From positions 288,001 through 352,000 of the forward strand of contig CAXXLL010000003.1 in the NCBI GenBank assembly GCA_963662545.2: 64,000 nt of DNA, written 5' to 3'. The position numbers and the translations under genes were made by a program. How positions within the stretch are numbered: the stretch's first letter is position 1; every line of letters begins with the position of its first letter. The DNA is from Gammaproteobacteria bacterium (lineage in GTDB: Bacteria > Pseudomonadota > Gammaproteobacteria > Ga0077536). The notes beneath the pieces were generated by a model. It did no database searches, was not told the origin of the DNA, and saw only the letters and a program-made list of their open reading frames with translations. Of the stretch, positions 1 to 8,977 are shown one piece after another.

Positions 1-154
1 TCGTCCCGCATTGTCGTACCGGGACAGGGGGGCGCCCGCGGCCTGCCCGCTGGGATGCCCGGCGCCGCGGGCGGCAAACTCATCGTCGACTGAGCGGCGG
101 GGAAACGACACGCCGAGCAGCTCGTGCGCGGCGCCTCGCTGAATTCGTGGGTAT

Positions 155-787
155 GTGAGCACATCCGATCTCGGCCTTGAGGCACGTGGGTTGCGCGTTG
201 AACGCGGCGACACCGTGGTCCTCGACGGCCTGTCCTTCACTGCCGTCCCCGGCTCCATCACACATCTCAAGGGTGACAACGGCAGCGGCAAGACGACTTT
301 GCTTAGAACGCTAGCGGGTTTGATCCAAGCTGATGCCGGCGACGTGACCTGGCAGGGTACGCCGGTCAGGAATCAATCGGTGATTGCATCCAAGCTCAAC
401 TTCATCGGACATCAGCCGGGGCTTAACGCCGAACTCACGGCGCACGAGAACCTCGCGTTCATCGCCGCGCTGAGCGCTGCCAGGCAAAGCGTCGATGTAA
501 CCGCCGCGCTTTCGCGGCTGAACGCGATAGGCATCGCTAACCGGCAGGTCCGCTATCTCTCGGCGGGCCAGCGTCAGCGTATTGCGCTGGCACGGCTGGT
601 GCTGTTCGAGGCTGAGTTATGGATGCTCGACGAACCGTTCACGGCGCTCGACGCGGCCACCAGGCATATCGTCGAGGAACTGCTGGAAGAACATTTGGAA
701 CGCGGCGGGATCGCGCTCATCGCCACCCACCAAGCGTTCGAAGCGCGCCGTGAAGTACAGCGAGTCACCTTGGGCGGGCCGCGATGA
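155..787 (+). CDS. ccmA: Haem ABC exporter ATP-binding protein CcmA
   Basis: Walker A GDNGSGKTT, LSAGQ signature, WMLDEPFTALD; first gene of a ccm operon. Confidence 0.95.
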   Translation: MSTSDLGLEARGLRVERGDTVVLDGLSFTAVPGSITHLKGDNGSGKTTLLRTLAGLIQADAGDVTWQGTPVRNQSVIASKLNFIGHQPGLNAELTAHENLAFIAALSAARQSVDVTAALSRLNAIGIANRQVRYLSAGQRQRIALARLVLFEAELWMLDEPFTALDAATRHIVEELLEEHLERGGIALIATHQAFEARREVQRVTLGGPR

Positions 788-1464
788 GGAACGATAGCAC
801 GACTATCTTGATAACCGTCGTCGCCAGGGACCTGCTGCGAACCGCACGCAGTCAGACCGAAGCCATCTACCCCTTGGTTTTCTTTGCGCTCTGCGTGCTG
901 ATGTTTCCGTTCGCGATCGGCCCCGACGCCGGATTTCTGGAACGTATTGCGCCGGGCATCCTCTGGGTATCGGCGCTGCTCGCCGCCGCCCTCTCGCTCG
1001 AGAACCTCTTTCGCGGAGATTACCTGGAAGGCACCCTCGAATTGATGGTCGTTTCAGACGCACCGCTGGTTTTGATCGGTCTCGGTAAATCCTTCGCGCA
1101 CTGGCTGCTCTCGGGCCTGCCGGTGGTGATGATGTCCGTGCCGCTCGGCCTGGCCCTAGCGATCGACCTGGATACACTCCTGACACTCGTCTCCAGCCTC
1201 CTACTTGGAACGCTTACGATGAGCCTCGTCGGGGCGGCGATCAGCGCGTTGACTGTTGGTCTACGGGGCGGCGGCATGCTTCTGGCATTGTTGATCCTGC
1301 CGTTGTACATTCCGATCCTGATATTCGGCGCCGCCGCGGCCGGCAATGCCGCTCGCGGCCTGCCTGCCGATGCCGAGCTGTACTTTCTGGCGGGCCTCAT
1401 GATCCTCGCTGTGACCCTCGCGCCCTGGGCAACGGCCGCCGCCATTCGCATCCGCATGAGTTGA
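784..1464 (+). CDS. ccmB: Haem exporter membrane protein CcmB
   Basis: Hydrophobic; PGILWVSALLA and LILPLYIPILIFG motifs; 4-bp overlap with ccmA. Confidence 0.95.
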   Translation: MRNDSTTILITVVARDLLRTARSQTEAIYPLVFFALCVLMFPFAIGPDAGFLERIAPGILWVSALLAAALSLENLFRGDYLEGTLELMVVSDAPLVLIGLGKSFAHWLLSGLPVVMMSVPLGLALAIDLDTLLTLVSSLLLGTLTMSLVGAAISALTVGLRGGGMLLALLILPLYIPILIFGAAAAGNAARGLPADAELYFLAGLMILAVTLAPWATAAAIRIRMS

Positions 1465-1495
1465 TGCTAGCAGCCCACGATGCCGTCTCGACACC

Positions 1496-1528
1496 TAATG
1501 AACGCTTAATGAACGCTTAATGAACGCT
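1496..1528 (+). repeat. 11-bp tandem repeat (TAATGAACGCT x3) at the ccmC start
   Basis: Three exact units at 1496, 1507 and 1518; the third contains the ccmC ATG. Confidence 0.9.
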
Positions 1529-2281
1529 TCGATTTTTCAGCCACTGCACAAATATGCGTCGCTCATGCACTTCCACCGCTTGAGCAAAGCCGCCTCGCCG
1601 TGGGTCGCGTGGTGCAGTGCGGCGTTGTTCGTACCCGGACTCATCGGGGGTCTCTGGTTGGCGCCGGCCGATTACCAGCAGGGCGACAGCTTCCGCATCA
1701 TTTACGTCCACGTCCCGAGCGCGTGGATGTCGCTTTTCATCTACATGACCATGGCGGGTGCGGGTGCGGTGGCGCTGATCTGGAAGATCAAGCTGTCGGA
1801 AATCGTGATGCGGGCAAGCGCAAGCCTGGGCGCCTCGTTCACGTTTCTCGCGCTCGTCACGGGATCGATCTGGGGCAAGCCGATGTGGGGCGCCTGGTGG
1901 GTATGGGACGCGCGCCTGACCTCCGAGTTGATACTCCTGTTCCTATACCTCGGATTCATGGCCTTGCAGAACGCGATTGAAGATCGCCGTGTCGCAGCCC
2001 GCGCGGGTGCGGTACTGGTCTTGATCGGTGCCGTAAACATCCCGATCATTCACTACTCGGTCGAATGGTGGAACACACTGCACCAGGGACCGACGGTTTC
2101 GAAACTCGGCGCACCCTCCATTGATATCGCCATGCTGATTCCCCTGTTGCTGATGGTCGGCGCGTTCATGACCTATTATGCGGCCATCCTGTTGATACGC
2201 GTACGTGCAGAAATCCTGTCCTATGACCGTAATACCGCCTGGGTCCGGGAGCTCGTAATGGCCGGTCCAAACGGAAGGTGA
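1520..2281 (+). CDS. ccmC: Haem transfer protein CcmC
   Basis: YVHVP, WWD motif WGKPMWGAWWVWD, WWNTLHQ. Confidence 0.96.
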   Translation: MNASIFQPLHKYASLMHFHRLSKAASPWVAWCSAALFVPGLIGGLWLAPADYQQGDSFRIIYVHVPSAWMSLFIYMTMAGAGAVALIWKIKLSEIVMRASASLGASFTFLALVTGSIWGKPMWGAWWVWDARLTSELILLFLYLGFMALQNAIEDRRVAARAGAVLVLIGAVNIPIIHYSVEWWNTLHQGPTVSKLGAPSIDIAMLIPLLLMVGAFMTYYAAILLIRVRAEILSYDRNTAWVRELVMAGPNGR

Positions 2282-2460
2282 TCGAGATGAACGAATTTTT
2301 CGCGATGGGCGGCTATGGTGCTTACGTATGGAGCGCCTATGGCATCAGCGCGATTGTAATGGCCGGCAACGTGTTGTTGTCGCGGCGGGCCGAACGTGAA
2401 TTACTGACCCGGCTGGTAGAACGATACGAGGGGGAGGCTGAGAATGACGCCGAGACGTAA
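2278..2460 (+). CDS. ccmD: Haem exporter protein CcmD
   Basis: FFAMGGYGAYVWSAYG; lies between ccmC and ccmE; ATG 2287 is an alternative start. Confidence 0.9.
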   Translation: MIEMNEFFAMGGYGAYVWSAYGISAIVMAGNVLLSRRAERELLTRLVERYEGEAENDAET

Positions 2461-2887
2461 ACGTATGGTTAGCGTGGTGCTTGTCCTCGCTGGTATGGGC
2501 GTGGCGACAGGACTGATATTGACCGCCTTCGAAAAGAACCTCATGTACTTTTACTCGCCGAGCGAAGTCGCGGCCGGCGAAGTACCCGCAGGCCGCTCTT
2601 TCCGTCTCGGCGGTCTCGTAGTTGAGGGCAGTGTCCTGCGTAGTCCTCAAGGTCTCGGCGTGTGGTTTACCCTGAGCGATCTGGCCGAGGAGCGGGTGGT
2701 GTATTACGAAGGAATCCTGCCGGATCTTTTTCGTGAAGGGCAAGGCATTATCGCCAAGGGACAATTCAATAACACTGGACTGTTCGTCGCGGAGGAAGTC
2801 CTCGCCAAGCACGACGAAAATTACATGCCGCCCGAAGTTGCGGCTGCGCTGGAAAAAACCGCAGCGGCCGGATCCAATCCCCAATGA
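2444..2887 (+). CDS. ccmE: Haem chaperone CcmE
   Basis: LPDLFREGQG and LAKHDENY haem-binding motif. Confidence 0.96.
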   Translation: MTPRRKRMVSVVLVLAGMGVATGLILTAFEKNLMYFYSPSEVAAGEVPAGRSFRLGGLVVEGSVLRSPQGLGVWFTLSDLAEERVVYYEGILPDLFREGQGIIAKGQFNNTGLFVAEEVLAKHDENYMPPEVAAALEKTAAAGSNPQ

Positions 2888-4866
2888 TCGCGGAGCTCGG
2901 CCATTTCGCCCTGACCATGGCGCTCGCGCTTGCCGTCCTGCAAGCGGTATTTCCGCTGATCGGTGCCCAGCGCGGCGACGTTAGCTGGATGTCCATGGCG
3001 AAACCCGCGGCGCGCGCGCAATGCGTGTTCGTCGTCCTGGCGTTTGCGGCGCTCGCCCATGCATTCGCCAACAACGACTTCTCGCTCGCCTACGTCGCGG
3101 CGAATTCGAACTCCGCATTACCACTGGCCTATCGTCTGTCCGCGATCTGGGGTGCGCACGAGGGATCCTTGCTGCTGTGGGTCTTGATTCTGGCGCTATG
3201 GTCGGCGGCTGTGACGTTCAAGAGCGGCGGATTGCCCATGGCCTTCGTCTCCCGCGTGATCGCAGTCATGGGGATCATCAGTGTCGGCTTTCTCCTGTTC
3301 ATGCTGTTTACCTCCAACCCCTTTCTGCGCCAGATTCCGCCCCCTCTCGACGGCGCCGATTTGAATCCCCTGTTGCAGGATCCGGGGCTCATCATCCACC
3401 CGCCCGTGCTGTACACCGGATACGTCGGGTTTTCCGTCGCCTTTAGTTTTGCCGTCGCCGCGCTGCTCGGCGGGCATCTCGATAGCGCGTGGGCGCGATG
3501 GGCACGACCCTGGACGATACTAGCCTGGGTTTTTCTCACTTTCGGGATCGCGCTTGGGAGCTGGTGGGCCTACTACGAACTCGGCTGGGGCGGCTGGTGG
3601 TTCTGGGACCCGGTCGAAAACGCATCGTTCATGCCGTGGTTGCTGGGCACGGCCTTGATCCACTCCCTCGCCGCGACCGAGAAGCGCGACGTATTCAAGA
3701 ACTGGACCATATTGCTGGCCATCAGCGTGTTCGCTTTGAGTCTGCTGGGTACCTTCATGGTACGTTCCGGCGTATTGACTTCGGTGCATGCATTCGCCAC
3801 CGATCCTACACGTGGGGTTTTCATCCTCATCTTTCTCGGCGTAGTAGTCGGCGGCGCGCTCGCGCTATACGCATGGCGCGGGCCGCGTTCTCTCGCCAGC
3901 GCCGATTTCGCTCCAACCTCCCGTGAATCCTTCCTGCTCGCCAACAGCGTGCTGTTGTCGGTGGCCACGGCGACGGTGCTGCTCGGTACTCTTTATCCGC
4001 TCGTGATCGACGCGTTCGGCCTCGGCAAAATTTCGGTCGGGCCACCGTACTTCAACGCAGTGTTCGTGCCGGTCATGACACCGCTGGTAGTCCTGTTGGG
4101 CCTTGGCCAGTTCGCGCACTGGAAGCGAGATCACTTCGACCGCCTGCTGGCGGCGCTCAAATACCCGCTGTTCGCCTGCGTTCTCATCGCCGCCGGCACC
4201 ACCGCCATGGTCGGCGCCGTTACCGGCGTGGAGGCGATCCTGGGCCTGGTTCTCGCGGCGTGGATCGTGAGTACGACCGTTCGCGGTATCGTGCAACGGT
4301 GTCGTAGACGACAGCGACCGCTGGATGCGCTGTTAGACTTGCCACCCAATTTCGTCGGTCAGGCGGTCGCGCACCTGGGCGTTGCCGTGACCATCGTCGG
4401 CATCACCTTGGTCAGCGCCTACGGTGTCGATAAACACCTGCGTATGGCACCCGGCGATGCAGTCGAACTCGCCGGTTACGAATTTCGTTTCGACGCGTCC
4501 CGGGATGCCACCGGTCCGAACTACGCCGGTACGGAAGCGCAGTTCACGGTCCGGCGCAACGGCCGCCAGGTCGCCATACTAACGGCGCAGAAACGTCATT
4601 ATGCCGTTCGCAACGCGACCATGACCGAAGCCGGTATCGACGCGGGACTGACCCGCGACCTCTACGTCGCGCTCGGTGAACCACTCGATGGCGGCGCCTG
4701 GAGCGTGCGCGTCAGTGTCAAGCCGTTCGTACGATGGTTGTGGCTGGGCGCCATCCTGATGGGCTCGGGTGGCATCATTGCGGTCTGCGACCGGCGCTTT
4801 CGGCGCGTCATCTCACGCGCTACGCGCGGGTCGAAAGACGCTGCGGCGACCGCTGGCGCAACTTAG
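2884..4866 (+). CDS. ccmF: Cytochrome c synthetase (haem lyase) CcmF
   Basis: WGAHEGS, WGGWWFWDPVENAS, SVHAF. Confidence 0.97.
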   Translation: MIAELGHFALTMALALAVLQAVFPLIGAQRGDVSWMSMAKPAARAQCVFVVLAFAALAHAFANNDFSLAYVAANSNSALPLAYRLSAIWGAHEGSLLLWVLILALWSAAVTFKSGGLPMAFVSRVIAVMGIISVGFLLFMLFTSNPFLRQIPPPLDGADLNPLLQDPGLIIHPPVLYTGYVGFSVAFSFAVAALLGGHLDSAWARWARPWTILAWVFLTFGIALGSWWAYYELGWGGWWFWDPVENASFMPWLLGTALIHSLAATEKRDVFKNWTILLAISVFALSLLGTFMVRSGVLTSVHAFATDPTRGVFILIFLGVVVGGALALYAWRGPRSLASADFAPTSRESFLLANSVLLSVATATVLLGTLYPLVIDAFGLGKISVGPPYFNAVFVPVMTPLVVLLGLGQFAHWKRDHFDRLLAALKYPLFACVLIAAGTTAMVGAVTGVEAILGLVLAAWIVSTTVRGIVQRCRRRQRPLDALLDLPPNFVGQAVAHLGVAVTIVGITLVSAYGVDKHLRMAPGDAVELAGYEFRFDASRDATGPNYAGTEAQFTVRRNGRQVAILTAQKRHYAVRNATMTEAGIDAGLTRDLYVALGEPLDGGAWSVRVSVKPFVRWLWLGAILMGSGGIIAVCDRRFRRVISRATRGSKDAAATAGAT

Positions 4867-4887
4867 GAAACCTCTGACTAAGTCATG
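4867..4887 (+). repeat. Solo terminal repeat of MITE family A, filling the ccmF-ccmG spacer
   Basis: GAAACCTCTGACTAAGTCATG follows TTAG and matches the ends at 10468, 17220 and 27465; it ends in the ccmG ATG. Confidence 0.8.
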
Positions 4888-5415
4888 CGATTTGCGCTAC
4901 CGCTGGGGCTCTTCATCCTCGTCGTCGCACTGTTTGGAGTCGGGCTCACGCGCGATCCCAAGCTCGTGCCCTCGCCGCTCATTGGCAAACCGGCACCGGA
5001 CTTCAGGCTGAATTTACTCGCCACGCCCGCCCGCGAGCTCGGCATCGACGACCTGCGCGGGCAGGTCTTTCTGTTGAACGTCTGGGCTTCTTGGTGCGTG
5101 GCCTGCGGCACCGAGCACCCGCTGCTGATCGAGCTGGCGAAATCCGGCACCGTGGAGATCATCGGCCTCAATTACAAGGACGAGCGGCCGGACGCGCTCG
5201 AGTGGCTGCGCCAGCGCGGCGACCCCTATCGTATGAGCCTGCACGATCCGGCCGGCGACTTCGGCCTCGACCTCGGTGTTTACGGAGTACCGGAAACGTT
5301 CGTGATCGATGCCGAGGGCATTATTCGCTACAAGCATATCGGCCCCATCAGCCCGGATGTGCTCAAACGCGAATTGCTGCCGCTGGTGGCGAAACTCAAA
5401 CCCGCTTCCACCTGA
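4885..5415 (+). CDS. ccmG: Thiol:disulfide interchange protein CcmG/DsbE
   Basis: WASWCVAC thioredoxin motif, GVYGVPETF. Confidence 0.95.
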   Translation: MRFALPLGLFILVVALFGVGLTRDPKLVPSPLIGKPAPDFRLNLLATPARELGIDDLRGQVFLLNVWASWCVACGTEHPLLIELAKSGTVEIIGLNYKDERPDALEWLRQRGDPYRMSLHDPAGDFGLDLGVYGVPETFVIDAEGIIRYKHIGPISPDVLKRELLPLVAKLKPAST

Positions 5416-5882
5416 TGCGCGCACTGCTCTGGGCCCTCGCCGCCGCGGTCTTGGTGTTTCGCACCGCGGCCGCGGCCGACGTTCCCGTAGAATTCGATGA
5501 CCCCCGCGATCTCGCGCGTTACGAGTCCCTGCTCGAAGAGCTGCGCTGCCTCGTTTGTCAGAACCAGTCGCTGGCCGACTCGCACGCGGACCTCGCACAG
5601 GACATGCGCGATGAGGTTTACCGTATGGTCAACAATGGCGAACCCGACGCGGCAATCACTGATTTTCTCGTATCGCGCTACGGCGATTTCGTCCTCTACC
5701 GACCACCGATCAAGCCTTCGACCTGGGTTCTTTGGGGCGGCCCTTTCATTTTGCTCGCTACTGCCGCCGGCGTCATAGTGAGCCTCGGGCGGCGGCGGGC
5801 GCGCGAACCCGAGCCACTCGACGAAACGGAGCGCGCGCGGCTTCAAGCCCTGATGAATAACGACGAAACACCGCCGTCGTGA
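5415..5882 (+). CDS. ccmH: Cytochrome c biogenesis protein CcmH
   Basis: LRCLVCQNQS, RYGDFVLYRPP; ATG 5415 overlaps the ccmG stop. Confidence 0.93.
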   Translation: MRALLWALAAAVLVFRTAAAADVPVEFDDPRDLARYESLLEELRCLVCQNQSLADSHADLAQDMRDEVYRMVNNGEPDAAITDFLVSRYGDFVLYRPPIKPSTWVLWGGPFILLATAAGVIVSLGRRRAREPEPLDETERARLQALMNNDETPPS

Positions 5883-7090
5883 TCTTCTGGGGCGCTCTTG
5901 GCTTGATGGTGATCGGCGGACTCGCCATGGTCGTGTTGCCGGCTTTGCGAATGCGGGCGGACGAGCGAATGGACGCGGCGACTGCCGATCAGGTGCGTCG
6001 CATCGATGAATTCACGGCCGACCTCGCGGCCGGCGACATCGATCCCGAGATTTCCGCCGCGTTGCGCGATGAACTCGAACGCGCGGTGATCGACGCCGTG
6101 CCCGTAGCTGACCCGGAACCGTCCGCCGGCGCTAAGCGTGTGACGCCCCGCTTCTTTGCTGCCTGCCTGGTAGTCCCCCTGGTCGCCATCTCGGTATATC
6201 TGCATACCGGATCCCCTCAAATAGCGGAATTCGAAGCCGCCCATCCGGGGCTAACCCTCGCCATGCCGGAAGCATCCGTCGAGATCCTGCTCGAAGAACT
6301 GCGCGAACGCGTGCGCGATGCACCCGACGACCGCGAGGCTTGGATGGTGTTGATCCGCAGTAACATGCAGCTCGGCCGTTATGTCGAAGCGGTCAGTGCG
6401 GCCGAACACCTGTACCGGCTCGCGCCGCGCGATCCGCCGGTCATCCTGGCGTTGATCGATGCGCTCGCCATGTCGCAGGGCGGGCGGATCGGCGGCCGCG
6501 CCGTCGAATTGATCAGCGATGTCCTGACACTCGATCCGAACAACGCCACCGCCCAGATCCTCAAGGGCATCCTCGAACAGGAAGCGGGCGATGGGGCATC
6601 CGCGATGGCCTGGTGGCTTCGCGCACTCGACCAGACGGCGCCAGACTCACCCCTGCGCGAGGAACTGGTGCGGATGATCGACAGCGCCCGCGGTGAGGTA
6701 ACGCCCGCGGCAGCGCCTGCCGCAGCACCCCAAGCGCATGCCACGGCGCGACTCATGATCAGTGTCTCGCTCGATGAATCCCTCACCGCGCGGACCCGTC
6801 CCGAAGATACCGTCTTCGTCATCGCACGCGCGGTGGACGGGCCCAAGATTCCGCTTGCGGTTTCGCGCCACACCCGCGCGCAACTGCCGCTCACCATTTC
6901 GCTGGACGACACGATGGCGATGGTCCCAGGGATGTCGATTACCGATTTCGAAAAGGTTTACGTAGTAGCGCGGATCTCGGCGGCCGGATCGCCGCAAGCG
7001 CACAGCGGCGATCTCGAAGGTAGGTCGGCAGAAATCACTGTTGCCGAAGTGGTCGAAACGGTCGTTCTAATCGACTCCGTGGTGCCGTAA
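5879..7090 (+). CDS. ccmI: Cytochrome c biogenesis protein CcmI/CycH (TPR)
   Basis: Two N-terminal TM helices, TPR-like helices, C-terminal VFVIARA..P.A domain. Confidence 0.88.
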   Translation: MIFWGALGLMVIGGLAMVVLPALRMRADERMDAATADQVRRIDEFTADLAAGDIDPEISAALRDELERAVIDAVPVADPEPSAGAKRVTPRFFAACLVVPLVAISVYLHTGSPQIAEFEAAHPGLTLAMPEASVEILLEELRERVRDAPDDREAWMVLIRSNMQLGRYVEAVSAAEHLYRLAPRDPPVILALIDALAMSQGGRIGGRAVELISDVLTLDPNNATAQILKGILEQEAGDGASAMAWWLRALDQTAPDSPLREELVRMIDSARGEVTPAAAPAAAPQAHATARLMISVSLDESLTARTRPEDTVFVIARAVDGPKIPLAVSRHTRAQLPLTISLDDTMAMVPGMSITDFEKVYVVARISAAGSPQAHSGDLEGRSAEITVAEVVETVVLIDSVVP

Positions 7091-7250
7091 CAGGCCCCGT
7101 CGGGCTTCCTGGCATCGCTCAGTAGATAAGGTAAGGGGATGATTAATAAAAAGAAATAAAATCGACCTTGCAACCCCGGACGAAATTGCTTGCCACCCCG
7201 AGCCGAGAGCACCTACGCTTGACGCCCCTTGAGGGCCCGAGTACACAGAG

Positions 7251-8006
7251 ATGACTTACTGCTTGGCAATGAAGGTGGACGCGGGTCTCGTGTTCATCGC
7301 TGATTCGCGTACCAACGCCGGCGTGGATCAGATCAGCACCTATTCCAAGATGCACCGTTTCGGGTTCGACGGAGAGCGGCAATTCTGCCTGCTGACCGCG
7401 GGCAATCTTGCGACCAGCCAGGCCATCGTCACCCAGGTTAAATTTGACATCGACCAGACTCTGCCGATCAGTCTGGCGTCGGTCACGACGCTGGCCGAAG
7501 CGACGGAATACGTTGGTCAGGTCAGCATCATGCAACAGCAGAAGGCCGGCGGCGGTCCGGAGTTTGAGGCCAGCATTATCTTTGGCGGTCAGATCGCCGG
7601 ATCCGCCCCCGAGCTCGTGTTGATTTATCCGCAGGGCAATCACATCGCCACGTCTGATACGACGCCGTTTTTTCAGATAGGAGAAAGCAAATACGGCAAG
7701 CCGATACTCGATCGGATCATTACCCGCGACTCCGCCTTGCACACGACGGTCCTCTGCGGACTGGTATCGATGGATTCGACCATGCGCAGTAATGTAACTG
7801 TGGGTCCGCCGATCGAGATTCTCGTTTACGCCACCGATTCGCTGACCATGAACGAACACATTACGCTCAACGAAGACAGCGACTATCTGCGCGAATTGAA
7901 ACGTTCCTGGGACGAGCACCTGAAAGAAGCTTTCCGACAACTGCCACCACCCGAGTGGGCGGGCATGTGGGATCACCCGGACGATGAGGCCTCTGGTCAG
8001 GCCTAG
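7251..8006 (+). CDS. Anbu proteasome-type Ntn protease
   Basis: MTYC N-terminal Thr, DSRTNAGVD, AGNLATSQ, GESKYGKPILDR, SMDSTMRSNVTVGPP. Confidence 0.92.
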   Translation: MTYCLAMKVDAGLVFIADSRTNAGVDQISTYSKMHRFGFDGERQFCLLTAGNLATSQAIVTQVKFDIDQTLPISLASVTTLAEATEYVGQVSIMQQQKAGGGPEFEASIIFGGQIAGSAPELVLIYPQGNHIATSDTTPFFQIGESKYGKPILDRIITRDSALHTTVLCGLVSMDSTMRSNVTVGPPIEILVYATDSLTMNEHITLNEDSDYLRELKRSWDEHLKEAFRQLPPPEWAGMWDHPDDEASGQA

Positions 8007-8977
8007 GCAGATTCCGCTACGGGCACGAACCAGGTCCGCTGAATAGCATCGTGCAGTTCGTTGAATTCGATCTGCATGGTATCGATGAAATCGAACACCC
8101 CGCTTTTGTCCAGCATCGCGTCCACGTCGACGTCGCGTACGTGGCGAAAAGCGGCGAGCGTAGACGCGACCGCAACCTCATTCTGTGGCAAGGCTTCGAG
8201 GCTTAGCTGCAGTTCCTTGAGGCAGTGAGCGATGGCGCGCGGGAATGCTTCATCGCGCAACAGAAATTCCACCACCTCGTTCGCACGCACGCGTTCGGGT
8301 ACCAGACGACGGTACATCTGTAAGGCGCTCAAGGAGCGCAGTACGCTCATCCAAAGAATGCTTTCGTAAGGCGTGCCGACGACTTCACGTTCGCTTCCGT
8401 CACTGTGCATCCAGCTCACCCACGGAAAGACATTGGCCACGCCGACGTCAATGATCCGGCTGGTCATGTCCGCCCGCTCCAGGTAGCAGCCCGCGCGCAG
8501 AAACTGGTAGGCGCTGTCGCGACTCATGGTCCCGGCAATACTGCCCGCGATGAATTGGCAGGAATTCACGACATGCGTCAGGAATTCATCGCGCCGGCGC
8601 CTGGCGAGCGCCGCTTCGACATGGCCCTGCAAGTAGAGATGGAGATCGTTGATCGCTTCCCAGCTGTTGGCCGGCACGATCTCCCGGACCGTACGGGCGT
8701 TCTCGCGCGCGTTGATGAGCGAACTTACGATCGACGCCGGATTGCTTTCGTCCGCGAGATAGAACTTGACCACATTGCGTTCGTCGGCATTCGTGTAACG
8801 TTCTGCGAATAGCGCATTGCTGTCGGTGATCGCAAAAAGCGATTCCCAGATCAGCTTCGCGGGCCGCGGTAAATCCAGCAACACGTTGCCGTAAACGTTC
8901 ACCAGGCGCGCGGTGCTTTCGACGCGCTCCAGGTGACGGCCCAGCCAGTAGACTCGCTCAGCGACCCGCGACAGCAT
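8003..8977 (-). CDS. Alpha-E domain protein
   Basis: MLSRVAERVYWLGRHLER, second LERADMTSR motif, FPRAI. Confidence 0.92.
   Translation of the reverse strand: MLSRVAERVYWLGRHLERVESTARLVNVYGNVLLDLPRPAKLIWESLFAITDSNALFAERYTNADERNVVKFYLADESNPASIVSSLINARENARTVREIVPANSWEAINDLHLYLQGHVEAALARRRRDEFLTHVVNSCQFIAGSIAGTMSRDSAYQFLRAGCYLERADMTSRIIDVGVANVFPWVSWMHSDGSEREVVGTPYESILWMSVLRSLSALQMYRRLVPERVRANEVVEFLLRDEAFPRAIAHCLKELQLSLEALPQNEVAVASTLAAFRHVRDVDVDAMLDKSGVFDFIDTMQIEFNELHDAIQRTWFVPVAESA

Noticed and set aside
7091-7250. Possible riboswitch or sigma54 promoter upstream of Anbu
   Set aside because: No complete aptamer pattern, and the GG/GC spacing does not fit -24/-12
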